Source of the DNA: Bilabrum cf. latius
Taxonomy: Eukaryota
Direction of reading: 5' to 3'
Assembly (NCBI GenBank): GCA_965178125.1
Contig: OZ237735.1
Location: 2,108,001-2,172,000, forward strand
DNA length: 64,000 bases
Within the stretch, counting starts at the first letter, position 1, and every line of letters begins with the position of its first letter. A program made the position numbers and the translations under genes. Shown one piece after another: positions 13,101 through 26,300 of the stretch. Under the pieces are notes generated by a model. The model did not search any database, was not told the origin of the DNA, and was given only the letters and a program-made list of their open reading frames with translations.

Positions 13101-13722
13101 CGAGAGGCGCCGGGGAGACGCGGGCGACTACGATGTCACCGTCGACGAGAACCCCAAGACTCCCTCCCAGAGCCTGTGGCAGCCAACCAAGCTGCCCAAG
13201 CATTAGGGGACAGTGAGTGTGCTCCACGGGAACCAAATCGCCACCACCGCGCCGCTGACGTGCCATCGCGATCCCAAGGGAAGCGTGTTTCCCCAGCTCC
13301 ACAGCGCGTCCATGCGCGACACCGAGTTCACCGCGATTATCAACACAGGCTACGCGAGCAGCCACGGAGAGCGGCACGTCAAGTAGGCCCCGATTCTGAG
13401 CGAGGACGGGAAGGGGTCCCACCTGACTTGCATGCACGCCATTCTTAGCAGCGATGACGCCAAGAGGGTTAGGGAAGCGCTCTTTCCGGCGCCTACGAAG
13501 GTACGGATGCCGTTCGAGAAGACCAAGAACAAGCTCTAGGAGGAGCTGAGTGCCAAAGATCTTGACTACAGCAAGCTGGAGAAGCTGCAGGGTGAGTTGT
13601 AGGTGGCTGAGGCGGCTCTTTTCAATTTCGAGATGACGAAAGGCACATTCGGGAGTGAGAGGGAGGTGATCTTTGATACTCCGACTATGATTAGGTGCGC
13701 GGGGGCTGCGAGGGGGGGTTGA
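10186..13722 (+). CDS. Secreted MACPF/perforin-like protein (~10795-11930) with saposin-like domain (~12427-12770) and possible beta-trefoil-like segment; apparent paralog of upstream gene
   Basis: Signal peptide MRTIGVVVSMCAVYVSVSYA; donor GTAAGA at 10501 and acceptor GCAG at 10794 (a small extra exon near 10570-10700 is possible). The frame continues through TAG 12223, 13204, 13384, 13537 and 13600 to TGA 13720-13722; a further 3' exon is not excluded. MACPF-like: GFGISIGPFAASLS, EGVFVATKVNFGATVE, VKVSGGD, LKSWAEN...VQPIHKM. Saposin-like: CAACLNLV...GC...CESL...ECVAAGFC. Ricin-B-like: FTMASKQSGRCLKI. Confidence 0.68.
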
Positions 13723-14324
13723 TTTGACGAAATAAATTAGGTTCGCTGCTTCTCTATCATGTCTGGCCAGGGCAGGGCGTTTGTCTATTGCATCTCATTC
13801 TCGACAGCAGCATCAGATTCTGGAAGAAATTTTCGAGCACAGCTGCGATTGGCAGCTCAAATATGCAGAGCATTGCGCCGTCTGGTGGCCGTGCATCTCA
13901 CTGCCCAGCTGGCAATATCCAGGTGTTCTGTGCTCTTTGCAAGCAAAACCTGAGGCGCGCTGCCCTTTACGGCCCAGTATCGATTGCAGCTCCGCTTACA
14001 ACTTCCTTATTACATGTGGTCGAGTGATGCAGGTGATCAGGGATCGGATCACCCGCACACCCTCACTTCGATCTGCCCGGTCTGTGTCTTACCACTCTCC
14101 GCGCGCTCCGACTCCCAATTTGAAACATCTCCTTTCAATCCACTGTATCAACCAAATTATCTAATAGCTACCAGAGTTCAGCTGCAGGGCCTGACGTATA
14201 TTCAGTCGTGGCAACAGGATCGCCGCAGCAACAAAGCACTGGATTAAGCAGCGCATATACATTTGCACTCAATATTGACCCGTTTATATGAATGAATTAG
14301 TACAAAGTGAATCAAAGCAGTCAA

Positions 14325-17300
14325 TCACTCCCCTTCGTTCCAGCTCTGCTCCGGCATGGAGGCTAAGGCAAAGTAGGCAGCCCTGCTGTAAGCACTTGCT
14401 CGCCGCACCATCGGATCTTGAGCTCGCACCGCTGCTTCTACCGCACCACGCATCTTTGGCGGCCTGGAAGCTACTGCAGACTGCTCTTCGGAAGCGAACA
14501 ATCTGGTTTGCCGTTCGGCTGAGTCCTGCGTGAATCGGACTGACTTTGGAGTGTTCCCCGATTGAGTCACGACCTGAGGCTCACCGGCCCCGGTAGCGAG
14601 CGGCAATGGACCCTCTGGAGCTTGATTTGCTGCACCTGATACCATGTTACTTCTTGCAGACTTCCATGCTCTGGTCATCAGCACTGTATTCCGCCTGCCA
14701 CGAGTCAGGCTCGCTGGAGCCTATTTCATCTAGGCTGAAACTCCGCCTTGCTGTGCCAGCAGCTTTAGTATCAACCTTGCACTGACTGCTTCGGATATAC
14801 TGGCGCCGCCTATGTCGGTCCTGAATCCTCGTATGTGAACTACAGCGGCCGTGGCAGCGTGCATTGCTGACACGGCATCTCGAAGACACGCAGGGTGAAG
14901 GACAACAAGCACGCCAGTTCTCCCTTCTGATCCAGGATCCGGGGCGGCACCGCGACTGCGCAACTCCTGTAAGTCGCTATTCTGCAGTACGACCACATTG
15001 ATGTCGTCCAGATGAAACAGTTTTGAGTTGCTCTCGATCTCATCCTGGACCACAGCACGTACCAGGATGCATCGGATCGAGTTCCTCGATTGCTGGTTGA
15101 GGAAACGGTTCTGAGGCTGCAGCAACTTTGCCTGTACCATCTAGTAAGCCTTTGTGCCGGTGTAAAGGACGCGTACTTGATTAATCGATGCAGGCCCCAG
15201 AGATGCAGCTGGTGGTTTCGAGGGTGCGCCCGTTGCCGTCTCATGCAACAGCCGCTCACCCTGCGAAATAGAAGCAAGCCGTTCGGCAGCAGCTTCTACT
15301 TGATCGAGAATCGTTGGAAGCGGGTGCTCGCGGTACGGCAACACCATTTGAACGTCCGCTGCAGACTCATCATGAACAACATCTGGCTCCGTCTTGGCCT
15401 CTTCGTCTTGAGCCATCGCAGGTGCTCCCAGCAGCTGTGTTTCCGTGTCACTGGTTTTGGCTGCAGAAGGTTCTGAGGCCCAGTCACTTGCAAACGCAAG
15501 ATCGGGTGCCCTAGCATCAAGCTGAGCCTCCTGCTTACTAGCCTGGTCTTCTGCATCTTGACTTTGCTCCTGCTGTTGCTCAGGTGCTGATTCCTACAAC
15601 GAGAAGCTTGCGGCTGCAGCTTGAGTTGGAGTTGCAGGTAGATTGAAGACGGGTTCCGTGTCCGAGAAAACGATGAGGTGCAAGTCTTGCTGCTCCTGTA
15701 CCTGATTTTTATGCATTGCAGACCGCTGTCGAGTCTACCGCTCAGACATGCGTTGCCGTCGAGCGGCCAATCGAGCCTGCAGGCGGAGCTGGTGCTACTG
15801 TCTATCGGCCTCGAGCCGAGCGTGAAGCTGTGCTTGATCTGAATCGAACTGCTACAGCAGTGCATCCCTCATCTCAGAGCTGAGATGTGCTGACTGCTTC
15901 TGAAGCTGATCAAGTGCAGCTTTCTTGTCTTGCTCAAGCATTGAGCGCTCGTGATCTGCCAAAGCTTGCTGTCGGCGGATCTCAGCCAGGGATTGTGCTT
16001 TGCGGTCCTGCTCGAGCTCTACCATCTGCGCAGCCTCGCGTTCCTCGAGTGCCCGGGCTTCGTCCTCTTGCCTCTTCTTCAGCTCGTCCAATTGCAACTG
16101 TGCCTCTTTGAGCCTCGATGCTTTGAAATCACGGAGTGAGTCAGCCAGCTCGGCAGCTTCCCTTGCCGCAATCATTTCAAGCCGTGCCGTCGGTGCGACC
16201 TGCTGCACTGCATCAATCAGCTCCCGAGCCTACCTTGACCTCAGTGCGGCCTGTTCCACCCCAAATTCAGCCTTCAGCCGTTTCTCGACCTCAATGCATC
16301 TTGACGCTCGCACCGTCTCGGCTTCTCTCCGCAGCTCTTTGATATGTGCCTGCTCGGATCTGCTGGGCTGCCCATGCCCGAGTTGCATTGACAGTTGATC
16401 GATTCTATCAGCAAACTCTGAATCAATCTCCAGCCTACACATCCGAAGTCTCTCCTGAAGTCTCTCCGCTTGTTCTTCAAGCAGCTGCTGCAACTCTTTT
16501 CCATGCCGCTGAATTACTATGGTTCGGATGGCGCCGGCAGCGGTAGCGTCTGCTTGTGGTGCTCCGACATCCTATCCGTGAGATCTGCCAGAGGCTTCTT
16601 GCACCCTTCGAATCGCAGCTACCTCTTGCTGCAGCTGCTGCCTACTTGCGTCTTCGAGTAACTCATTGGTCATGCGACGCATGGATTCTACTTGCTCCTG
16701 CGCTTGCTTCTCCTGCAAGAGTTGAACCTTCCTTGCCTTGCGGGCCTCCAACCTGTGCTTAAGTTCCCGTGCATGGCGGTCGGCTTCTTCTCCCTAACGT
16801 CGCGAAAGCTCGACTTCGTTTTGTGCGGCTTTGCGTTTGATGGCTTCAGCTTCCGACTGGAGATCAATGGAACCAGCTCGTTCTCGCAGACTCGGGTCGA
16901 GGCTTTCGTGAGCTTTCGCTTGGGCAGCACCTGATCGAAGCATCTTGGCGACCTCTTCCTCGGCTTCGCGGTCGGCTTCCTCCCGAATGCGTTGCATTTC
17001 AGCTTCGTGCCGTCTTCGCATTGCGTCCAATTCAGCGGTGGGAGCAGCACGTGAAGCTTCCTACCTAGCTGCGTATTCGTCGTGCTGGCCGCTGACCTCT
17101 TCTCCACGAGTGGATCCGGACAAGTCTGCCAACTGTCCAGTTACCGCTTCCTGCCGATCTGGAGCGATAGGATGCCGAAGGTCAGAGACGGAATTCGAAA
17201 GCGAAGCGGGCCTTGCATCTGGCTGTGCAGACGACTACGAGGCTGACTACGCAGCGTGCCGTGCATTTTGCAGCCTTGCAAGCTGTGCGATGCGGCGTGC

Positions 17301-20300
17301 TTCTAGGCGGTGCTGCAAACTGCTGGTCTGAGCGGCTGCAGCCTCTTGCTCCAGACGACTCAATTCTCTCTACTCAAATTGGGCTCTCGTCTTGATGGCC
17401 TCAAGCTGTGCGGCAATGTCACCGTTGGCACTGACGTTGTCACCGCCGGCACCGTCGTCCAAGTCAGCAGAGGCAGGACCTGTACCGGGCCGCGAGGGTG
17501 CCTTTACTGCAGTCTATGCCTCCATCGTTGCCGCCTTCGCCTCTTGAAGGTGCTAGAGACGCTAGATGCGCGCGAGTTTCCTGCGTTGCAGCTTCAGCTG
17601 CATACTGTTGGTCTGCTCGCGCAGCTCCCGTGCTTCCATGCCAGCGAGCAAAGCAGCCTCCCTTTCGGCTCGTGCCTTGAGTTCCTCCGCTGCTTCTTGG
17701 AGTACGATAGGATCATCGATCAACCGATCTGACTACTCTTGAGCGAGAAGTTGGTCCTGCAGCTCCTTGACCTTGCCAGTCAACACGTTGACGGCGGCAA
17801 TATCCGGGTCATCCTCATCTGACCGTCTCTCGTGATCACTCTCACGAAGTACTTGCCGCAGTCTGGTAGCTGCCTCTTGTCTCTCCTACTGCGCAGCAGC
17901 CAGCCGCTGCAACCTGGCAATCTTGCGTCGCTACAGCCGTATCTTGAGATGATCTTCCTAGCTGATTCGTTCGGCGTCCTCTAGAGTTGCAAGATCTCTT
18001 AGTTCCGCAGCAAGTCTGGCTTTGACCTCATCCAACTTGGCCTTGGGATCAAAATCTGGCAATAGTACGTCAGCTTCGCTATCTGTCGGTGCACGAAAGG
18101 ATCGAACACAACTCTCGCATTCCATGCTGGCGGCATGAAGCCCCTCGTGGGCATGTTGCTCCCGCTCAAGACGAAGGAGCTTGCGCTTCTGCAGGCGGGC
18201 TGCAAGTTCACGAGCCTGCCTCTCAGCGTCTGCTGCCTAGCTGGCTGCCAATTGCTCCTGGTTGTCGCGCGCTTCTTGCTATAGCGCCGCTGCTGTGGCT
18301 GCAAGTGATGCATCATCGCCACTGCTGTCCTGAAAGGCTTGTGGTCTGACAATCCCGGAGTCCTCTTGCAGTGCAGATACAGCTCTATTTGCAAGCTCCA
18401 TTATTGCTGAGCTGTCCCCATGATCACCGGAGCCAGCTTCGATGCTTCCATCAGGACCATCGGCGGAATCACGTTGACGTTGCGCGCACGTCCTGATGGC
18501 CTCTTCAAGCTTCTCAACTCGTCTAGGGTCTGCATGGCGTGACATCAACTCGCTCACCAGCAATTCTCGGGCTTGCACTTCGCAGTCGTTGCGCTTTAGT
18601 GATGCTTGCTCGGTTTCCCTCGCGGTCCCGGTGGAGTTCTTCTTGAGGCTCTGCAGCTCCTCTGAGCACAGTTGCTCCTGACGAGCTACCATTGCTTTCG
18701 CCTGCCGCAGCGCGGCTTCTCGAATTGTGTCACTGGATGCTAGCCTAACAATAGCATCTATCTAACCCGCTGCTGATGATGCAAGCCCGTGCACATGCTC
18801 TAATGCCCTCTAGACTGTATCATGGCTGGATACACCAGCTGTTTGTAAGGCGGCCACAGTCTCGCGCATGGCTGCCCAGCAACGGCGAGCGGGCTCGGTA
18901 AGACGACGAGAGCTATCGCCGGCATTCTCCGGGGACGAAGCTTTGATATCCGACAGAAGGTCTTGGATCTCTTCCGTTTCTGAATTGATCTTTTGAGCGG
19001 CACCCTACTCTCGCTCCAGTTGTCGCACTCGCTGCGAGTGCGACCGCTGCAACCCAGCCACGACTCCTTTCGAACCCGTGTTGGAGGCATGGATGGCAGC
19101 GACAGATTTCACGTCGTGCCTAAATGGTGTGGTCAGCTTGAACGTGTCTGGGCTGGTCTCGCGCAGAGCGGAATCACTAGAGGGGTCCTCGTCAGACTGG
19201 GTAGACTCGCTGTCCTGGTTGAGTTGATCACCGTCCGTGCCATCATCCAAAGCCTTGGACACTGTTTGTCGTAAGCTTCTCTCTAGCGCTTCAAGCATGG
19301 ATGATAGTCGATTTGCTTGCTCGTCATTGTCTTGAAAACCACTAGATGAGGTCTAAACATGCTTGTTGGACTCTGCTATCCCCTTGAGACCGCTTCGAAC
19401 AGCCTAAGCGCCTACCTCAACAGCATGCATATGCTCCTCTGCAAAAACAGGTGATGTCCGGCAGCGCTAAAGTGCTTGCTGTAGCTCTCCGAGAGTGGCA
19501 ATTAATTTTGCAAGCTTCAAAGTGCCAGATGTCTCCGACTCTCCAGCCAACCTGTCGATGCCAGCAACGGCAAGAGATCCTAAAACCGCTGCTCTTGAGA
19601 GCAGATTCAGCTCCCTTGAAACGGATCGCACTGCCGAGTTGAACGTATCCACCCCGTCGAATATAGACTGTTGCGATTGGTCGAATCCCTCTAGGCCAGC
19701 AAGAAGTACAGTCGAATCTACTGAGACATCTTGTACCCTGCGGATGGCTTGGTCGCAAGACTTGACGGCATTTGCACCAGCACTATGCAGTTCCACGAAG
19801 CCTTCGATCAGCTGGCGACAGTTAAGAGTACTCATGTCCTGGGATGGTAGCTCCGAAAAGTGTATAACGCTCTTCTGCCCAGCAACAGCATCTAGAGCAA
19901 CTTGCTGCAGACCACCCGCTTGCCGCATTCTGGTGAGCAAGTCAGATCGAAACTGTCCCAGGAGCTAGAACATGCTCAACGCATCCTGCACAGCCCTCAA
20001 TATTCCACCAAGAGCGTCTTCAAGGCCGCTCTCTGTGAACTGCACAGCAGCTGCAACGCTTTCAGAGGTTGCATTCCGCGCATTGTGCATGCCAAGCAGG
20101 ATACTTGCGACCCTGCGGACGCCAGCGAACTACTGGTCTACACCATCCTTGACTCGAGCGATCCCATCCTTTTGCTCGGCCAAACCATGTTCAATCGCGG
20201 ACCGATGGTGCTCAAGCCGCTCGACTATCTCCCTTAGATCGATGTCGTCGTCGTCCCAACGAGACAGATCCAGCTGTTCATTTTCAGCCTTGATACCCAC

Positions 20301-23300
20301 ACTACTTGATGGCTTTTCCTCCGATTCTGGGGGACTGCAACCTGAGATTGGTACAACCTAGGCGGAGCCGGGAAGAAGCGACCAACGCTTGCTTGCTGTT
20401 GGCACAGGTAGCACTTGGACTGATGTGGCCCGGTTGTGCAAGCTGCTCAGGTCTAGCAGTAGCTGACCTGCCTTGTATCCTTGTCCAGGCCTCTAGCTTT
20501 GTTTGCTTTGGAGACAAGTTGACGCATACCAGCTGAACGAGCCAAGCGTGCTCGCTGGTGACCAAGTGTTGTATTCAATGTATGCAATGCTGAGAATCGC
20601 TGCACCAGTGGACAATACGAACCCCGCAAGTATCAACGTCAGGATTCTCCAGTCGAGCGATGTGATGATCTGTTGATCGGTTCTAGCTCCAAGCATAATC
20701 AGGGACTTCGTTGATACTGGCACAATTGGGGCCTCCACAGGGCAAGTGGTCCCCGGCTAGAGAACAGCAACTACGGCAACCGAGCCAGGAACGCGACTCG
20801 AAGAGAATACGTGTATCCCGGGTTGGTTCATCTGGGTGACTATAATATCAACACTCGACCCTGCACCTGCTAACGTTGACGCCTCTCGAAATACCCCAAA
20901 ATCGAACTCGGGATTTGTGTTCAAGAGTGAATCAGCGTCGTACATGGGCAGTCCCCCATCCAGCAACGTGAGGTCAAACACAAGCATCCCACCCTCCTCC
21001 ACGCAAAGAACTGGGTTGGGTATCAGGATTGGAACGTCAGTTTGGGATGCATGCGACAGTACTGGCGAAGTACCATACACCCCGGCAGGTCCAAAATTGG
21101 GATCTAGCGCAATGAACAGCGTTGGACACGCTGCACTTGCACCCAGCGTGCTTCTGCAGGAAGACGGAGCTTGGCCAAGACCATACACTTGTTGAACAAT
21201 ACCTCGGCTTTCAAGCGCAAACGCTTTCACTTGTAGCGCCTGGTCTGCCTGCCGCTGGGCTGCCAGCGGGTCAAAGCCGCCGGCCGAGCCCTACAAGCGC
21301 CTCGCCTGAACGGTTACATTAGTGCTGAGCACGCTGTCCGTGGCAAAATCCAGGGATGCTAATAAACGATACGACGCAGAAGCTTCTCTGCACGACGCAT
21401 CGCACAACTCATCGATGGCAAGTACCCCAGGGCATTTGCAAAGCCCAGTTCGCTTGTCAATCGTGATTGACGTAGAGTCCGCTACAGTCAACGCACCAGT
21501 TGCGTTGCACTATGCTTCACATGCACGCAAAGTTTCGCTTGGATCATCTTGTCGAATGCAGGAACCGCGATGCCAGCGAACGCCGGTACCAACAGGGCAT
21601 TCGTCGAACACCTCAGGCTCGCAGTCAGTAGTGTCGTCGGTCTCACGGTCGGTCGGTGAATTTGGACCAGGCCAGTGCCTGGGTTTACAGACACAGCTAG
21701 AATCAGAAGGTTGATACACACGATTCAGACCAACGCACTGGCAACTGGATGCCCCGCTGCCTGATGTAGCTGAGGACGGGCACGGCTGGCATCCACTGGA
21801 GCCCGGAGAAGCAGCGTATGTACCTGGCGTGCAATACTTGCAGGTCTCGAATGAGACTGCGCCTATTGCAGCTGAAGCCATCCCAGCTGGGCATAGACTT
21901 GGCTCGGCGGATCCTGCAGGACAGAACTCTCCTCCGGTGCACATTCTGCCGCCGTCGCTTTCGATTCTAGTTGGCAAAGCTGACCTCGTCCCCCCTGTAC
22001 AGACGTAGCCAGCCGGGCATTTCTGGCATTCGGTGGAATTGGAGGAGTCACTGAACGTTCCTGGAGGACACATGGAACATACTGAAGAGATGTTGGTTGC
22101 ACCACTAGACAAGCTAGCCAGTCCGTCTGCAAACCATCCGGCGGGGCAGTATTGTGGCCTGTTGGATCCTTGTGGGCAGTATCCGTACCTCGGGCACGGC
22201 CTGGGAACCAAAGTAGGACCTGCCTCTATACCACCATCACTGGATGAGTTCACCAAAGCTCCAATCATGGCCGCAGGAACTTGGCCGGTTGAGTTCAGCA
22301 GCAGGTCGATAAGGTTGGCAGCACCTGCAGCATCACCTGGGCAGTAGAAACCAGCTGGGCATGGGGGGAATCCGTCCAAGATGAATCCACCCGTCCCAGC
22401 CTTGCACCATGTGCCTGCAGGACACTAGAATGGGCCACCTGTGTCAGGTCCCGGTTCGCACAGTCTTCCAATGGGACAATGCAGAGGATTTGAGGCAGCT
22501 CTAGGGCAGAACTAGCCAATGGGGCATGGGGTACACCCGCCATCATCTGCGAGACCGCTTCTCCCAAAGGCGAGAATCTACGTCGCGTTGAAACTCTCAT
22601 AGACGCGTCCTTGCGTCTGCCTAAAAGATATCTCGCTCTCATCTGCAATGGCGTCTCCATTTCCATGAGTATGCCAGTGCTTAATCGCAAGACTGAAGCT
22701 TGTCCCCCATCCATCAGCTCTGTACCCTCCAGCAAGAGGTCGATACCGTCCAGTCGGGCACTTGGACGGTGCGGATGCGCCTCTAAGGCAGTAATGTCCA
22801 GGTGGGCATTGCTCCACCAAGCCTGGCGTGGCATGTCTTGCACACACATATCCGGGCTCGCAGGGCTTGCAAGCCATGCTGTCTGTCTGAAGATACTCGC
22901 TGTTGTATGTGCCTGGTGGGCAAGGCACAGCATACTAGCTGTTCTCCGTTGATGTAGCATTCGTTGTGACATTCACACCAAGTGCTGGACAGAAGTATCC
23001 TGGTGGGCATGGCGATGGCACCGGGTCTCCTTCTCTGCAGAGGTATCCTGGTGGGCAAGTAGTGCACTCTTGTGCTGATCTAGCACCCGGATCTGCCCTG
23101 AATGTTCCATTTGGGCATATCGTTGGCACTGCAGATCCCTCTGGACAGTAGTATCCGGGAGTGCACGGCCCAGAGCTTGGTAAAGATGCCTCGGTCGGAC
23201 GCGGTCCAGAATTGCCCTGCCCGCAATAGTACCCAGCCTCGCACGGTCCTGTTGTGAATCCACTACCAGCACAGTACGAGCCTGCATTACATAGTGCACA

Positions 23301-26300
23301 CTATGAAGCTCTCTCTAATCCACGCTGTGTACCTCGTGATCCTGCCGGACAACGTGTGCCGTTGTGGCTTGAGCCAATGGGGCAATACGAACCTATCGGG
23401 CATAGCTCCACTGCATTTGCAGTCGCCGGTCCGCACACACGGCCAGCCGGGCACGGTGAGCAGTAACTGGACCCTTTGGCAGTGGCCAAAGACCCAGGGG
23501 GGCACTGCTTCTCTATAGTACTTCCAACAGTACAATAGTGTCCTTCTGGACATGCATACCCACCAGAGCTGTTAGACGGTTTTGGTGTCGCAGATCCGCC
23601 CGTGCACACGTAGCCTGCGGCGCACATACCTCCAGTGTCGTCACCCAGTTGACTTGCGTTGACGTAACCGTCTAGAGCTGACAGCTGCGAAGCAATGAGC
23701 TCGGTTGTGGCTATGGTGGAGTCAGCAGTGAGCACGGCGATCCTTGCCAGCAAGCCGCCTGGACCGGGAGTGCTCCCTAGCACTGCGTCCAGCGCCGACA
23801 GCCTCCATACTACACCAGCGGTGCTAGACTGAGAGGCCGACCCATAGGAAAGGGAAACGTTCAGCAACGCTGCCGCAGCTGCTATCGCAGATCGCGGGAG
23901 TGGTGTCGGTACCATTGTGCCTGCTCCGCACCAGAAACCGGGGGCGCACGGCCCTTCTGGCGCTGTGAGCGCCGTTCTACCGCAGTAGCTACCAGGCGTA
24001 CATAAGTTGCATTGCGCTTGACTGATCAGTCCGCTCGAATTGCTGAATGTGCCACTAGGACATGGGTCCTCACGCCCCCCTGCGTTCCCACCCGGGCAGA
24101 AGTATCCTTTAGGGCACATCTTCGGGGTCACATTCGGAGCACCAGTAGATGGTTCGGGGCAATGAAAGCCACCTGGACAGGCGTTACAAGCACGTAGGCC
24201 TGTACTGTTGCCGAATGTGCCTGGTGAGCATGGCTGAGGGCTTGCGGCGCCAGTTGGGCACGCATATCCTAGTGGACACGTTCGGTTCGGGTAAACAACC
24301 CCTCCGGGGCAGTAGTATCCTTCAAGACACAGCTGTGATGGACTGAATGTTGCAAACTCAGGACAGCTGTACCCAGGCAAGCATGGCTTGCACTCGTCAG
24401 AGGAACCAAGGCCAGTGACATTCGAGAAGAACCCGGGATCACAGGGCTGCGGCACACTGGTACCCATCGGGCAATAGTACCCCGCTGGGCACGCGCTGGC
24501 GCTGCTGTCTCCTGCCCTCGAGCCATTCTTATATACTGTTCCTCGAGACGAGCACAAGTACCCGGGCATGCACATGCCGGATGGTGCGACCAGGCCCTCG
24601 GACACGCAATAGAAGCCGACTGGGCACGCTTCGCACTGATCTTCGTCACGCAGTCCAGTCTAGTTAGAGAACGTACCGGCTGGACACAGCGATGCAGAGC
24701 CGTGCCGCGTTCCCTCTTTACAGTAGCGTCCAGCTGGACATTCCACCAATCCGGAGGTATTCCAGCCACACTAATACCCAGCTGGGCAGGTATCACATTG
24801 CGAGCTACCATGCACAGAGCTGAAAGTACCTGGAGGACACGGCAGGGGCACTGCAGATCCCGTTGGGCAGAACGACCCAGGAGGGCACAAAACTCCAAAA
24901 TCAGAGGTGCCTTGCAAGCAATAGTACCCAGCAGGGCAGCCCACTCCCGTTGAATTGAGCCCAATAGCATTGCAAGCCCGTCCTGGGGGGCACTGGATGC
25001 ATGCACTTTCCGAGGTAGCCCCAAAAGAGGGGAGGTGCGTGCCAGTGGGACATGCCAGGGGAAATGAGGATCCAGCTGGGCAGTAGTGCCCAGGAGGACA
25101 AACATCACCCGTCATATTTTGGAGCTGCAGCGCCTGCATGAGCAACCCGACGCTTGAAATTGGTGATTGTGTTCCTTGTAGCACAATGTACCCGACTGCT
25201 TGACTCATAAGACCGACATATCCTCGTGAAAATCCTATATCTGGAGCTTGGGCCGCGCTGCCTCCTCTGCAGAAATGACCAGGCGCGCACTCGCCTTCTG
25301 GGGCAGTCAGCCCGTGTACGCTGCAGTACTTGCCAGGTGAACATGACGCGCACTCAGCTATGCTTGCCAAATCTGTGCGGTTGCTGAACGTTCCAGGCAA
25401 GCAGGGCAGTGCAGTGGCAGGCTCACTTCCGACGGCGCATGCATACCCGGCGCGGCAAGGCTGCGGCACAATGCTGCCAAGACTACACATTGTGCGGCGT
25501 GGGCACACGCTACAAGTTTCCCGGCCCGTCATGTTCTAATACGAGCCTGCTTCGCATGGCAGCGGTTCTCGGCTTCCTTCTGGACAGAAGGATCCACGAT
25601 GGCACTCGCGAGGCCGCTCTGCCTCCCGGCAGAATTTGCCAGGCGGGCATGCCTTGGTTGGACTCTCTGCTCCAATGGTGTCACACACGTACCCTGCTGG
25701 GCATGGTTGGCATGTAGACACATTATCTGCTCCAGTAGAGTTGGAAATTGTCCCAATTGGGCATGGTGTAGCCCCCGCCGAACCTGTTGGACAGTAGTAA
25801 CCAGCGGGGCATTCATCTCCAATAGTTCCATGACGACCAGACTCTCCGCCAGGTCTTGCAGTATGCGACCCTTGCAGACAATAGTACCCATGATCACATG
25901 GTCCTGTTGGTATGCCGCCACCAGTGCTGCAGAACTGCCCGGGGGGACACGGCGCGGGGTGTCCTGTTCCACTGGGGCACAGATCGCCACCATTGCAACG
26001 GCCGCCCATGCCGCTCGCCTCTGCAGGTGTGGGCGAGTTAGAGTTACCAGAACAGAACCAACCCTCATCGCAGTCACCATCCGGCCTTACATTGCCAGAA
26101 CCAGCACAGTACTTTCCACTTGGACACCCAAGGCAGTCCTCTAGTGCAACTTGTCCGGTGCGATTGTTGTAGGTTCCCGGAGGGCACAAATTTTCTAACG
26201 CAGAGCTGGTGCCTAGCGGGCAAAAACTACCAGGTGGACACATGTTTTGCCCGCCTAGTGCTGCTGTTGACTACGGGCAAAAATAGCCCTCCGGACATGC

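Noticed and set aside
13723-14324. Separate small gene or terminal exon of MACPF-like gene 2 (ORFs 13781-14164, 13788-14027)
   Set aside because: A donor-like AG/GTGCGC near 13695 exists, but I could not choose a frame or recognise a product; left unannotated.
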